From Candidatus Nomurabacteria bacterium (GTDB taxonomy: Bacteria > Patescibacteriota > Minisyncoccia > Phycocordibacterales > SBAW01), in assembly GCA_943356415.1 (NCBI GenBank), contig CALREW010000001.1:149252-213251 (forward strand): 64,000 bases of DNA, written 5' to 3'. Numbering within the stretch: position 1 is the stretch's first letter; each line of letters starts with the position of its first letter. This document shows positions 39,062 to 49,094 of this stretch, one piece after another. Below the pieces are notes generated by a model. That model was not told the origin of the DNA, ran no database searches, and saw only the letters and a list, made by a program, of their open reading frames with translations. The translations under genes were made by a program, and so were the position numbers.

Positions 39062-39088
39062 TACTTCAAAAGAGTAGCACGCGCGCTC

Positions 39089-39409
39089 TTACTGAGTCGC
39101 AGCGGTATTAAGTGAGAACGTACCCACGTTCTGTGGAGTGATAAAACTTACATGCGCTGGCGCATGCAAACCTCTACGTCCCGCTTCTTCAGGAGTTATG
39201 GTGTGTTCTATGACGAAATAACTACGCTCAAGGTCCCCGATAGAGGCGGTGAGCGCCTTGCTCTCACGAGCAGCAGCAGTGCGTTCTGCAGTAGCAAAAA
39301 TGGTTGCGGCAGTAAAACCGATATAGGCAATGATTGAGAGTGCCGCAAGTACGGTAAGCCCTGAAATACAGGTCTTGTAGAGTGAAAGTGAGTGTGCGGT
39401 GTTGCTCAT
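39089..39409 (-). CDS. FtsL-like bitopic protein
   Basis: TM plus coiled coil; position between rsmH and ftsI. Confidence 0.6.
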   Translation of the reverse strand: MSNTAHSLSLYKTCISGLTVLAALSIIAYIGFTAATIFATAERTAAARESKALTASIGDLERSYFVIEHTITPEEAGRRGLHAPAHVSFITPQNVGTFSLNTAATQ

Positions 39410-40299
39410 GTTGTTTTTTGTAAAGTGCGAAGTTTTGCGCTGCGTGAACGTGGGTTTTTTTGTATCTCCTCGGCGCTCGGTGTTACTGGTTTTTTTGTGA
39501 GTGTCTCGCCTTCACCGAGTTGAACTTTGTCTCGCATGAAGTGCTTTACGACTCGGTCTTCAAGACTATGAAACGAGATGACTGCAATTCGCCCGTTTGG
39601 TGAAAGATGCTCCCATACCGCATTCAGTCCATCTTTAAGAGCGTCGAGTTCATCGTTAACTGCCATGCGCAAGGCCTGAAATACTTTTGTTGCCGGATGA
39701 ATGCGTCCTTTTGCGTAGAGTGCTGGTACGGACACTTTGATAAGTTCTCGCAATTGCGTTGTGGTCGTTATCGCCTCGTGCTCACGGTGTGCAACGATCG
39801 CTCGTGCGATGCGCATGGCATACCGCTCTTCCCCGTACGCACGGAAGATGTCCGTTAACTGCTGTGCATCGAGGTGTGCGAGGAGGTCTGTCGCGGTGAG
39901 TTCTTGCCGTGAGTCAAAGGCCATCGAAAGCGGTTCGTCCTTTTGTAAGGAAAATCCACGACCTGATAACTCCAATTCGTCGGACGAGAGGCCAAGGTCA
40001 AAGAGTGCCTTGTCGATATGCGTGACTTCGAGCTTCGAGAGAACGCTACCAACGGCTCTGAAGTTCGATTGTGCAAGCACTGCCCGCTTTCCATACGAAG
40101 CCAAGCGCTCCGTGACCCGCTCCACCGCTTGAGCGTCAGCATCAAGACCAAGGAGGTGAATATCGGCTTCAGCAAGCATCGCTTCAGCGTGACCGCCACC
40201 ACCAAGTGTTGCGTCGAGCACGACATCTCCATCGTGGAGATCAAGTGCATCTATGGTTTCTTTCAAAAGAACTGGGACATGGACCGTTGGTTTAGGCAT
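39406..40299 (-). CDS. rsmH: 16S rRNA m4C1402 methyltransferase
   Basis: HVPVL, DATLGGGGH, FHSLEDR, NPRSRSAKLR. Confidence 0.97.
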   Translation of the reverse strand: MPKPTVHVPVLLKETIDALDLHDGDVVLDATLGGGGHAEAMLAEADIHLLGLDADAQAVERVTERLASYGKRAVLAQSNFRAVGSVLSKLEVTHIDKALFDLGLSSDELELSGRGFSLQKDEPLSMAFDSRQELTATDLLAHLDAQQLTDIFRAYGEERYAMRIARAIVAHREHEAITTTTQLRELIKVSVPALYAKGRIHPATKVFQALRMAVNDELDALKDGLNAVWEHLSPNGRIAVISFHSLEDRVVKHFMRDKVQLGEGETLTKKPVTPSAEEIQKNPRSRSAKLRTLQKTT

Positions 40300-40301
40300 C
40301 G

Positions 40302-40736
40302 CTATATCGCGCCTAGATCACCCAACTTTTGCGCAACCTGATCTGCCTGCTTTTCGATGCGGCGTGTTTGTTCTTCCCACGCCTTTTCGCTCCAGACTTC
40401 AACGCGCTCACCGACACCTGCGAGTACGACCTTCCCTTTGAGACCCGCAAAATCTTTTAAGAAATCGGGAACAAGGATGCGTCCTGCGGCATCGACATCG
40501 CTTTCAACCGCGCCGGAGAGGATAAATCGCGACAACGCTCGGCTGTCACTTTGTCCCATCGGAAGCTCCGCGAGCTTCTGGGCAATCTTCCCCCACGCTT
40601 TTTCTGGATACATGAACAGACAGGCATCGAGCCCGCGCGTTACAACCACCTTCTTCCCCATCTCCTTGCGAAATTTCGCCGGAAGCGAAAGACGCTTCTT
40701 GGAGTCGAGCGTGTGGATGTATTCGCCAATAAGCAT
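40302..40736 (-). CDS. mraZ: Transcriptional regulator MraZ
   Basis: MLIGEY.HTLDSKKRLSLP and DAAGRILVP repeats; ATG at 40736. Confidence 0.95.
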   Translation of the reverse strand: MLIGEYIHTLDSKKRLSLPAKFRKEMGKKVVVTRGLDACLFMYPEKAWGKIAQKLAELPMGQSDSRALSRFILSGAVESDVDAAGRILVPDFLKDFAGLKGKVVLAGVGERVEVWSEKAWEEQTRRIEKQADQVAQKLGDLGAI

Positions 40737-40761
40737 CGACTTTGTGTGTGATGCAGTGGTT

Positions 40762-40829
40762 TCCCACTTCATCCCACTAGTAGGTAAGTATATGCCACTC
40801 TGCCCCACTCTACGGGTTGGTTATCCACA
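40762..40829 (-). promoter_or_regulatory. MraZ-binding GTGG(G) repeats and a DnaA box
   Basis: Minus strand GTGGGGCAGAGTGG and GTGGGATGAAGTGGG at 10-bp spacing; TTATCCACA at 40821-40829. Confidence 0.75.
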
Positions 40830-40907
40830 AAATAAGGACACAGAAGTAGCCAAAAGAAAGACCGGGCTTTGTGGCCCGGCTTCTCTCAGGATTCCTCTGT
40901 TAGTGGC

Positions 40908-41456
40908 TTATACCTTTACGCTTGGGTGCGATTCGGCCGAAAGGGCGTGCCGTTGGCACTCCAAAATGCGGTCTTTCGCGTGCTGCGGGTAGGCCGCGTA
41001 GCGTATGACGATATCAGGGTCTTCTGCCCCTGCCGTATGGAGAATAAGGGTGCCGAATCCAAAGAGCGTCTGGAAGAGACCGTCGACGTCAACGGTCATA
41101 TCTTGGATTTTCTCGAGCATAAGAGTCGTCACTTTGCGCTGAAAGAGTGCGCGCTGGTCAATGTCAATAATACGTCGGTTCGTAACAATCCAAGTGTCCA
41201 AGTAATAGGTGGTCCAAGAAATAAACGCGAGATTCCACGTCATAAGAACCCAGAGCATGTACAGAAAGACCAAAAAAGTTGAAGAAGCTCCGATCTGCGA
41301 AAGTGACTCAAACGCGGTTGCCGGTATAAAGAGTGCTGCAAGGAGCGGAAAAAGAGCGACAACAGAAAGAATGAACACTTGGATAGCGAACATGAACCAG
41401 TGCTTCCGTATCACGGTCACTACTTCTTCGTTTGGATCGAGTCGGTCTGAAATCAT
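40908..41456 (-). CDS. Bacterial PH-domain membrane protein
   Basis: RKHW, IVTNRRII, KIQD, FGTL..TAG. Confidence 0.85.
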   Translation of the reverse strand: MISDRLDPNEEVVTVIRKHWFMFAIQVFILSVVALFPLLAALFIPATAFESLSQIGASSTFLVFLYMLWVLMTWNLAFISWTTYYLDTWIVTNRRIIDIDQRALFQRKVTTLMLEKIQDMTVDVDGLFQTLFGFGTLILHTAGAEDPDIVIRYAAYPQHAKDRILECQRHALSAESHPSVKV

Positions 41457-41459
41457 AGG

Positions 41460-41660
41460 TTACAACTGCGCAAAGACGCCAAGGGCTGATATCAGAAGCA
41501 CCGCCGTTCCAATCGCATAGGAAACCATAACGATGAACGTACCGATGATGCCGACACCATAACGTACCCAGTGATAATAGAGCGCAAGCGCGAGCAAAAG
41601 CGTTCCGCCAGCAGCAAATGCAAGGAGCACAAACGCAACTGTTCCAGACGATACAACCAT
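41460..41660 (-). CDS. Small membrane hypothetical protein
   Basis: Two TMs; YHWVRYG; TATACT 8 nt upstream. Confidence 0.65.
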   Translation of the reverse strand: MVVSSGTVAFVLLAFAAGGTLLLALALYYHWVRYGVGIIGTFIVMVSYAIGTAVLLISALGVFAQL

Positions 41661-41681
41661 TACCAAATAGTATAGCGCGCC

Positions 41682-43277
41682 TTAGAGCGTTGCTGCTGCG
41701 CGCAAACGAACCAAAGTGGATTCACGTGGAAGGGTGTACAGAAGCCACCCAGCCTTTGGACCTTGAGATTTGCCAAAGAAAATAAGATAGATAGCAGCAA
41801 AGAGTTCTGCTGGTGCAATCGTAAGTTCATCTTTGAGGCTGTGTATCTGCGTATGAAGCTCTTCTGGCGACGTCGCCTTCTCAAGTAATTCTGCGACACG
41901 CCCAAGTGCCGCCTTTTGCACGGCGGTAAGCGTCGAAGCAGATTCTGGCATTGTGTCGTGAAGCGCAAAGCGATATTTCTCTGGCGCTTGGCCTTTGAGC
42001 CAGCCCTTAGCGTACGCGGCGCGCTCATCAAGCTCGGCACGATCGAGATCAGTCAGTGCACTTCCCTTTAGTTCAGCGGCTGCGCTATAGAGATCGACGT
42101 GTGGCATCTGCACGGTAAAGGCAAGCTGTGAGAACCGCATCAAGAACGGCACTTCAATTTTCTGTTTTGAATCCCCGCGGTCATCAGTCTCAATGAGAGT
42201 GAAGAGGCGTGAGTAGTCATCATCATTTCCTGCCTTGTATCCTTCAGCCAACTTGTCATAGAGATCGTAGAGCACAGGGATGGTCTCGCCCGCCGGATCG
42301 AAGTTAAACGCCTGATTGATTTCTTTGCCAAGGAGTGCCAGACGAAATATTTTGGGCGGCACCAAGCTTGCAACGTCGCGCGCCGAAGAGCCGCGACCTT
42401 TCGATGACGCCATTTTCTGTCCACCGACAAGGAAGAATTCGTACGGCACATCGAACGGCGGTTCTATATTGAATACGTCTCGCGCAATGGCGTTGGCCAC
42501 GTCGCGGGCGCCACCTTTCGTGGAGTGGTCTTTACCCGCACCTTCAACATCAACGCCAAGTACGTACCATTTTGCGGCCCATTCAGGTTTCCATGGCAGC
42601 TTTGCGCGACCGCCGAACGGTGATACGCGACCAGAGTGACCACACCCCACCCCGCCCCAAGGCAGCTCGTGCGGTACGCACCTATACGCGACCGTCTCGC
42701 CATCAAAGTCGGAAGATTGCGTCATGGATACCTTGGCGCAGTTCTCACATATAACCGATATAGGGAGCCATTCTGACACCCGCTGAGACCCCGAAACTTC
42801 TTTGTATATCTCTCGGATACGATCTGCATTTGTTATGACCAGACGCATTGCTTCATCCATTTTGCCCGAGAGGTAAAGGTCTTTCGAATAGTAGAACGTC
42901 GGATGATATCCACTATCGCTGATGACCTTCATGAACTCGCCGCCATAGAAATCGGCATAATTTGGAGCCGAAGAGTCTGGTGATGGGATCTTGTAAAGTT
43001 GTCCACCAAGGAGCGGTTTATATTGATCCGCTGGCAAGTAATTTGGCAGACCGTCAAATGGATCAAAATCGTTTATCTCGTACTTAAATTCGTTCAGAAC
43101 GCCGCGTTCACGAAGCACGCGAGCTAAAAGGCCGTGGATAGCGACGCCACGCATCGAACCGACATGCACCCGGCCTGAGGCCGTCTTTTCATCGCGTATT
43201 AAAAGGGGCTCGCCTTTCTTGATGCGGTCCTTGAAACGCTCTTCTATTTCAGCTGCAATGCGGTCTGCCCAAAACAT
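41682..43277 (-). CDS. lysS: Lysine--tRNA ligase, class I
   Basis: MFWAD, SGRVHVGS, KLPWK.EW, GKDH, KMASSKG. Confidence 0.94.
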   Translation of the reverse strand: MFWADRIAAEIEERFKDRIKKGEPLLIRDEKTASGRVHVGSMRGVAIHGLLARVLRERGVLNEFKYEINDFDPFDGLPNYLPADQYKPLLGGQLYKIPSPDSSAPNYADFYGGEFMKVISDSGYHPTFYYSKDLYLSGKMDEAMRLVITNADRIREIYKEVSGSQRVSEWLPISVICENCAKVSMTQSSDFDGETVAYRCVPHELPWGGVGCGHSGRVSPFGGRAKLPWKPEWAAKWYVLGVDVEGAGKDHSTKGGARDVANAIARDVFNIEPPFDVPYEFFLVGGQKMASSKGRGSSARDVASLVPPKIFRLALLGKEINQAFNFDPAGETIPVLYDLYDKLAEGYKAGNDDDYSRLFTLIETDDRGDSKQKIEVPFLMRFSQLAFTVQMPHVDLYSAAAELKGSALTDLDRAELDERAAYAKGWLKGQAPEKYRFALHDTMPESASTLTAVQKAALGRVAELLEKATSPEELHTQIHSLKDELTIAPAELFAAIYLIFFGKSQGPKAGWLLYTLPRESTLVRLRAAATL

Positions 43278-43322
43278 CGCTCCAGTCTACAAGTAAAAGC
43301 GTTTACGCCAAATAGTGACTGC

Positions 43323-44438
43323 CTACCGTACCGAGGTATACCCGCCAGGAACTCCTCGTTTTGAGAGTACGATCTGCCAGAGTTGCAGGTTGCGCGAACG
43401 GAAAAAACCTGCAAAGAGAAGAAGGTAATAGACCCACATGCGTTTGAAGCGGTCGTCGTACTTTCCCTTAAGTTTGTCCCAATTGTTGATGAAGTTCGAA
43501 TGCCATGCCATCAGTGTCTTGTCGTAGTCAGCACCGAAGTTGTGCCAGTCTTCCATAACAAAACGCCTCTCAAGGTGCCGACCTATCTGTGTGATGGAAG
43601 GCAACATGCTATTGGGGAAAATATATTTATTCACCCAGGAGTCTCCCGTCTGTTCTGACTCATTACCCCCTATGGTGTGCAAGAGAAAGAAACCGCCGTC
43701 TTTAAGAAGCGAGTGGGCCTTTTTGATATAGGTGCCATAGTTCTTATGACCAACGTGCTCCATCATGCCTAACGAGACGATGTGATCGAACTCACCCACC
43801 GTATCGCGATAGTCCTCAAGTCGAATTTCAACAGGAAGTCCTGCACAATTCTCGCGTGCAAGTGCCGCTTGTTCTTTGGAGACGGTGACACCCACAACAT
43901 GTGCGCCATATTTCTCTGCAGCAAATTTTGCAAAGCTTCCCCACCCACAACCAATATCAAGGACGGTATCGCCAGGTTTAAGGCCCAATTTTCGGCACAC
44001 TAAGTCGAGTTTTGCTTCCTGTGCTTCATCAAGATTTTTTGCGTCCTTCCAGTAGGCGCAGGTATAAACCATGCGCTTGTCTAGCATCGCGACGTATAGA
44101 TCGTTGCCAAGATCGTAGTGCTCCTCCCCGATAATGAACGCGCGACGCTTACTTTGAGGATTCACAATCCCTTCCAACACTCGTCGCACAACTCTGCCAG
44201 CGCCAGGCGCCGTTTTCGCCAACCCACCTTTCGCAACATGGTAAAAAAATTGATCAAGGGCTGGGCAATCCCACCAACCGTCCATATAGGACTCACCAAG
44301 GGCAAGCGAGCCACCAAAAGCAATGCGTCGATAAATCCGTTCATCGTGGATGGTCATATCCCACGGCCTACCACCATCCACTTTGATATCTGCGCTTTTG
44401 AGGAACCGCTGCGCTCCTTCCTTCGTAAAAAATGCCAT
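43323..44438 (-). CDS. cfa: Cyclopropane fatty acyl phospholipid synthase
   Basis: LGESYMDGWW, HYDLGNDL, LDIGCGWG, KYIFP. Confidence 0.94.
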   Translation of the reverse strand: MAFFTKEGAQRFLKSADIKVDGGRPWDMTIHDERIYRRIAFGGSLALGESYMDGWWDCPALDQFFYHVAKGGLAKTAPGAGRVVRRVLEGIVNPQSKRRAFIIGEEHYDLGNDLYVAMLDKRMVYTCAYWKDAKNLDEAQEAKLDLVCRKLGLKPGDTVLDIGCGWGSFAKFAAEKYGAHVVGVTVSKEQAALARENCAGLPVEIRLEDYRDTVGEFDHIVSLGMMEHVGHKNYGTYIKKAHSLLKDGGFFLLHTIGGNESEQTGDSWVNKYIFPNSMLPSITQIGRHLERRFVMEDWHNFGADYDKTLMAWHSNFINNWDKLKGKYDDRFKRMWVYYLLLFAGFFRSRNLQLWQIVLSKRGVPGGYTSVR

Positions 44439-44506
44439 ATCGAAACGTTACGAAATAAGTATTAAATAGTCAAAACGAAAAAACCACCTGAGACGACCTC
44501 ACGTAA

Positions 44507-44625
44507 GACCTCAGAAACTGGATGCAGAGCAAGAAGACAAGGAGCGATGCCCGCGAGCAATAGTAAACCTATTGTGAGCGGGCTCGCGACGCAGGCGCCA
44601 AAGCTATGCGCCAATTTCTGAGGTC
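44507..44625. repeat. ~119-bp palindromic element, copy B (divergent)
   Basis: Terminal GACCTCAGAAA/TTTCTGAGGTC; ACAAGG...ACGCAG core; internal hairpin. Confidence 0.6.
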
Positions 44626-44627
44626 GA

Positions 44628-45092
44628 CTATTCGACCTTGAGTATCTTATATTTCTGCGTCCCTTTAGGAGTGGAGAATGCAAACTGCTCACCTTTCTTT
44701 TTGCCCATCAATGCACCGCCAAGTGGCGAGTGGTAGGAAATCTTTCCTTCGAGCATGTTTGCCTCCTCCGCACCAACAACCGTATAGGTGTGTTTATGGC
44801 CTTCGCCACTTTGATTTTCGACAGTAACAACCGAACCCATGCCAATACCTTCGCTCTTAGCGATTTTTGCTATCTTCGCGGTCTTAAGTACTCCTTCGAG
44901 TTTGCTTATGCGCTCTTCAACGGCAGCTTGCATTTCACGAGCTTCTTGATACTCAGCATTTTCAGAGAGGTCTCCGAGTGAGCGTGCGTACTCAAGCTGT
45001 TCTGCGATCTCTTTGCGACGACGAGTTTTAAGGTCGTCAAGCTCTTTTGTCAGCTCTTCAAATTTTTCTTGTGAGAGTAGTTCGTTTGGCAT
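44628..45092 (-). CDS. greA: Transcription elongation factor GreA
   Basis: GDLSENAEY, IS..SPLG.AL. Confidence 0.96.
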   Translation of the reverse strand: MPNELLSQEKFEELTKELDDLKTRRRKEIAEQLEYARSLGDLSENAEYQEAREMQAAVEERISKLEGVLKTAKIAKIAKSEGIGMGSVVTVENQSGEGHKHTYTVVGAEEANMLEGKISYHSPLGGALMGKKKGEQFAFSTPKGTQKYKILKVE

Positions 45093-45173
45093 AAAGAGTG
45101 TAATAGAGCCTTGAAAAATGGAGTTTTTATGTCAGAGGTAGTGTACCTGAAATAACCCTCTCGTCAAGATGGC

Positions 45174-46877
45174 TCAGTCATCCTTTCCTTCCAACATCTC
45201 TTGGCGGTTACCATGCATCCATTCAAATGCACTAAGCATAACGCCCGGCGCACCGTAGAGATTTTTGTACGGTCCATGCTCAAGTAAAAGAACAAACGCA
45301 TACCGCGGATGTTCATAGGGGAAAAATCCGGTAACCCACGAATTAACATACGATTTACTCGAATCAAGTTCTGCGGTACCTGTCTTCGCAGCAATATGCA
45401 CGTAACCGAGGTTTAATGCCTTCGCGGTGCCTATCTGCGCACCCATGCGCATACCTTCAAAAAGTATTTGGTACTCCTCATACGTCATTGGCAGTGTCCC
45501 TTCTTTGCGTTCGCCGCGTGCACCCTGGATGATGGTTGGTGTTATAAGCGTGCCACGCGTGGCGATGGCCGAAACGGCGCGCAACGCCTGCAGTGGCGTG
45601 ACTTGAAAACCGTATTGACCAATAGATGTGTTGTACGTGTCGCCAAGACGCCACGGGTCGTCAGGAAACAGTTTTGCTTTCCACGCCTTACTTGGCACCG
45701 TGCCGTCTTCTTCTGGAAAATAGTCGATGCCGGTCTTTGAACCAAACCCAAAAGACCTGGCGTACTTTTCAAGCTTCTCTATTCCCAAACCCGCTTGATC
45801 ACCGAACCCGCCGCCTATGGTAAAGAAGTACACATTCGAAGAGACGGCGATGGCTTGGCGCATATCAACCCAGCCATGCGCTTTCCAATCTTTAAAGACG
45901 CTTGGCTTATCCGGGTTATATGGGTTTGGAACCGTGAGTGCACCCGTTGAAAGTATCGACTTCGTTGGACTAATAAGATTTTCGTTTAAGGCACCGAGTG
46001 CAAAGTAAGGCTTCATGATCGAACCTGGCGTAAAAGCGCCGAGTATCGCGCGGTTAAGAAACGGCTGACGCGTATCTTTTAAATACCCACGTATTGCTGC
46101 TTGATCACTTCTATCCGTCATAATCTGAGGGCTATACGACGGATAGCTCGTAAGTGCGAGTAATTCCCCCGTCGTAAGATCCATCACCGCGGCCGCGCCT
46201 CCACGAAAACCCGATTCTTCGATACGCGCTGCAAGGGCGTTATAGATAACCTGATTCAACTCTGCGTCAACGGAAAGCGCGATGGTCTCGCCATGTTTTG
46301 GCGCTGCAATAGTACTTTCTGAAGTTACCCTGCCTTTGGCATCAGTTTCCTGAATTTTCAAACCGTTTACCCCGCGCAGACGTTCATCAAGTGCTTTTTC
46401 TAATCCTTCGGCGCCAACGTACGTATCTTGGTAGTAAATGCCGGAAGAATCTTTTGCTGGTGCTTTTGCGTACCCAATGACGTGCGAGAGTCCCGTATAC
46501 GACGAATACACGCGCGAGGGGTAGTCACTGCCCTCTTTGTGTGAGTCGTGCACGAGGTCAACGCCACGCCGGTCAACAATGGTGCCGCGGTCAGCAAACA
46601 CATATTCGTGTGAAAGACGGTTGTTTTCAGAAAGCGCCGCATACGCAGTGCCTTCAAATATCTGTAAGTACGACGCTCTTCCGGCAAACGTAAGGACGAC
46701 GAGTGCAAAAACACCAAGAAGCACGGACGCAGTTCGTCGGCGAATCGGTTGCTCGATGCGTCCTTCAAACTGGTCGGTATCAAACGAAGGCAAATTGCTC
46801 GAGTCGATAAATATTTCGTCGGGAGCTATCTCCTCACTCTTTCGCTTTAACCCACGCAACAACTTTCTAAGCGGCAT
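45174..46877 (-). CDS. mrdA: Penicillin-binding protein 2
   Basis: PGSIMK, SSN, KTGTAE; in the mreBC cluster. Confidence 0.88.
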   Translation of the reverse strand: MPLRKLLRGLKRKSEEIAPDEIFIDSSNLPSFDTDQFEGRIEQPIRRRTASVLLGVFALVVLTFAGRASYLQIFEGTAYAALSENNRLSHEYVFADRGTIVDRRGVDLVHDSHKEGSDYPSRVYSSYTGLSHVIGYAKAPAKDSSGIYYQDTYVGAEGLEKALDERLRGVNGLKIQETDAKGRVTSESTIAAPKHGETIALSVDAELNQVIYNALAARIEESGFRGGAAAVMDLTTGELLALTSYPSYSPQIMTDRSDQAAIRGYLKDTRQPFLNRAILGAFTPGSIMKPYFALGALNENLISPTKSILSTGALTVPNPYNPDKPSVFKDWKAHGWVDMRQAIAVSSNVYFFTIGGGFGDQAGLGIEKLEKYARSFGFGSKTGIDYFPEEDGTVPSKAWKAKLFPDDPWRLGDTYNTSIGQYGFQVTPLQALRAVSAIATRGTLITPTIIQGARGERKEGTLPMTYEEYQILFEGMRMGAQIGTAKALNLGYVHIAAKTGTAELDSSKSYVNSWVTGFFPYEHPRYAFVLLLEHGPYKNLYGAPGVMLSAFEWMHGNRQEMLEGKDD

Positions 46878-47013
46878 TAGGCGCAGTATACCCCATGAGA
46901 TATTCCACCCAGTATCTTGCCGAAATACTATGCCTGCATGTCAAGATGAAGCCTATAGATTGATGCGTTTCCCTTATCTCACGAAGTATAGCGAAGCACG
47001 AAAATCAAACCCA

Positions 47014-47268
47014 CTAGCGCAAATATTTCTCAAGTGCGATTGCACTGAGACCTAGTACTAGGGCTGCAACCGTAAACGGATACGCAACGTATGACGGCAG
47101 CCACGTAGGGGCGCCAAAAATAATATCGAGACAAAATCCAAGCGCTAGCCCGAGTGTTGGCACCACTGCAGAGAGTCCAATAAGTGCAATGAGTCCAGCA
47201 ATCCAGCTTGGGATGATGAGTCCTAAAATACCGAGAACGCCGAAAGCAACAAGTAATTTATTCTGCAT
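47014..47268 (-). CDS. Small membrane protein at the mreD position
   Basis: 84 aa hydrophobic; G..LD motif; overlaps the mreC end. Confidence 0.55.
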   Translation of the reverse strand: MQNKLLVAFGVLGILGLIIPSWIAGLIALIGLSAVVPTLGLALGFCLDIIFGAPTWLPSYVAYPFTVAALVLGLSAIALEKYLR

Positions 47269-48058
47269 ACGCGCTTCTCCACACTTCAGCAAAGCGAAGT
47301 GAAAAAGGATTGGCCGCAAGGTGCATATATATTTCTGCCGCAGAATCTCCCCTCCCGGCTTCGATACTCTCTACGACAAACGACAAATTGGGTTCAATGC
47401 CCGGCAGCGTCACCAAGTCGCCCGCTGCCGCTTCCGCATCATGCGGGACTGATGCTTTGAGAGAACCTCCGCCGATACCTTCGGCGCGAATAGGAATACT
47501 GCCGCGCAAAAATGCATCGTATGAAGTATTGGGAGCAGAGTAGAGTTTTATGCGCGCAGTGGTGGCGTAGACCGCCTCGACGGTGCCAATAAGGAATGCC
47601 CCGCTTGCCGCAACGCGGTCCCCAACCTTCACTTGTTTATCTTCCCCGGCGTCAATGATGAGCGTGTCATAAGGACTCTCAGGTGGGCGCACCAGGACTG
47701 CCGCAAGGAGTGCATTTGGCTGTGCGGAACGACCCATCGATTCTTTGAGCGTGAGATTCTCTTCGTACAAGAGATTGCGATCAAGTACCGCGAGCTTTGA
47801 GGCAGCGAGTTGCTCTTTAAGCGAATCTCGTTCACGCAAAAGTGCATTCATCCCTCGAAAATACTCGGGCACTCGACCAAGTCCAGTACTGCTTATGTCG
47901 CTCGCACGCCACAGAGCCGAGAGACCTCCTCCTACCACTCGTTCAAGTGCTGGACGAAAGAAGAAACCAGCAATAAGGAGGGCAATAAAAAAACCGACCG
48001 CAACGAGTGCTCGGCGCAGCCCAGGACCTCGCTTTCTATTACGATAGATCGTCGTCAT
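47258..48058 (-). CDS. mreC: Rod shape-determining protein MreC
   Basis: TM, coiled coil, EN..LK..G, IIDAG; follows mreB. Confidence 0.88.
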   Translation of the reverse strand: MTTIYRNRKRGPGLRRALVAVGFFIALLIAGFFFRPALERVVGGGLSALWRASDISSTGLGRVPEYFRGMNALLRERDSLKEQLAASKLAVLDRNLLYEENLTLKESMGRSAQPNALLAAVLVRPPESPYDTLIIDAGEDKQVKVGDRVAASGAFLIGTVEAVYATTARIKLYSAPNTSYDAFLRGSIPIRAEGIGGGSLKASVPHDAEAAAGDLVTLPGIEPNLSFVVESIEAGRGDSAAEIYMHLAANPFSLRFAEVWRSAYAE

Positions 48059-49094
48059 GTTCGATAAGAATGTCGCGGTAGCTTTCTATATCTTCAAGTA
48101 CCACACCCGCGCCGCGTGCAACCGCGGTGAGCGGATCGTCCGCAACATGCACCGGTATTTTAACCCACTCGGAAATTAAGCGATCTAAGTCTTTTATAAG
48201 TGCACCGCCTCCCACTAGGTAAATACCGCTCTTCATAATATCGGCAAGTATTTCAGGCGGCGTTGTTTCGATAACTTCACGCACCGACTCAACAAGCGTA
48301 TCGATAGACTGCGACACCGCTTCGCGCACATCAGAGTCCGTCACAATCACTTCGCGCGGCAACCCGGTAATAAGATCGCGTCCGCGTACCACCGCTTCAA
48401 GTGGTCGGTCGCCTTCAATCACCGCTCCGATAGCCATCTTTACATTTTCTGCCGTTTTCTCTCCTATCAATATTTTGAACTCCGATCGTATATGAGAAAT
48501 GATGTCCTGATTGAGTTTGTCTCCCGCGATTCTGAGATTTTTTGAACGAACGATGCCACCAAGCGAAATGACGGCGATATCAGTGGTGCCACCACCAATA
48601 TCGACAATCATTGAGCCGACCGCTTCTTTTACCGGAAGACGGATGCCGAGCGCTGCAGCCATCGGTTCTTCGATAATGTGCACTTCGCGCGCGCCAGCAT
48701 TCTGAGCCGCATCGCGCACCGCGCGTATCTCGACGTTCGTAATGCCGGAAGGCACACCCACGACAACGCGTGCGCCGAGCAGTTTTCTTCCTTCACCCTG
48801 CGCACGGTTCATCAAATATGCCAGCATTTCTTCGGTCACTTCGAAATCTGAAATAACACCGTCAACGAGCGGACGCACCGCAACAAGATGTCCGGGAGTG
48901 CGCCCCAACATTTCCTTTGCAGAGGCACCCACCGCAACAACACGGCCGGTCTTTTGGTTGACCGCCACGACTGATGGCTCATTGACTACAATGCCGCGCC
49001 CGCGCACATAGACAAGCGTATTGGCCGTTCCGAGGTCGATGCCGAGGTCGTTGCTCGCGAGGCTCGCTATTTTTTCACGCAGTCGTTTAAACAT
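48039..49094 (-). CDS. mreB: Rod shape-determining protein MreB
   Basis: IDLGTANT, EEPMAAA, DIGGGTT; start 49094 or 49103. Confidence 0.95.
   Translation of the reverse strand: MFKRLREKIASLASNDLGIDLGTANTLVYVRGRGIVVNEPSVVAVNQKTGRVVAVGASAKEMLGRTPGHLVAVRPLVDGVISDFEVTEEMLAYLMNRAQGEGRKLLGARVVVGVPSGITNVEIRAVRDAAQNAGAREVHIIEEPMAAALGIRLPVKEAVGSMIVDIGGGTTDIAVISLGGIVRSKNLRIAGDKLNQDIISHIRSEFKILIGEKTAENVKMAIGAVIEGDRPLEAVVRGRDLITGLPREVIVTDSDVREAVSQSIDTLVESVREVIETTPPEILADIMKSGIYLVGGGALIKDLDRLISEWVKIPVHVADDPLTAVARGAGVVLEDIESYRDILIEHDDDLS

Noticed and set aside
40821-40829. Replication origin
   Set aside because: Single DnaA box, no cluster or unwinding element, and no dnaA/dnaN nearby.
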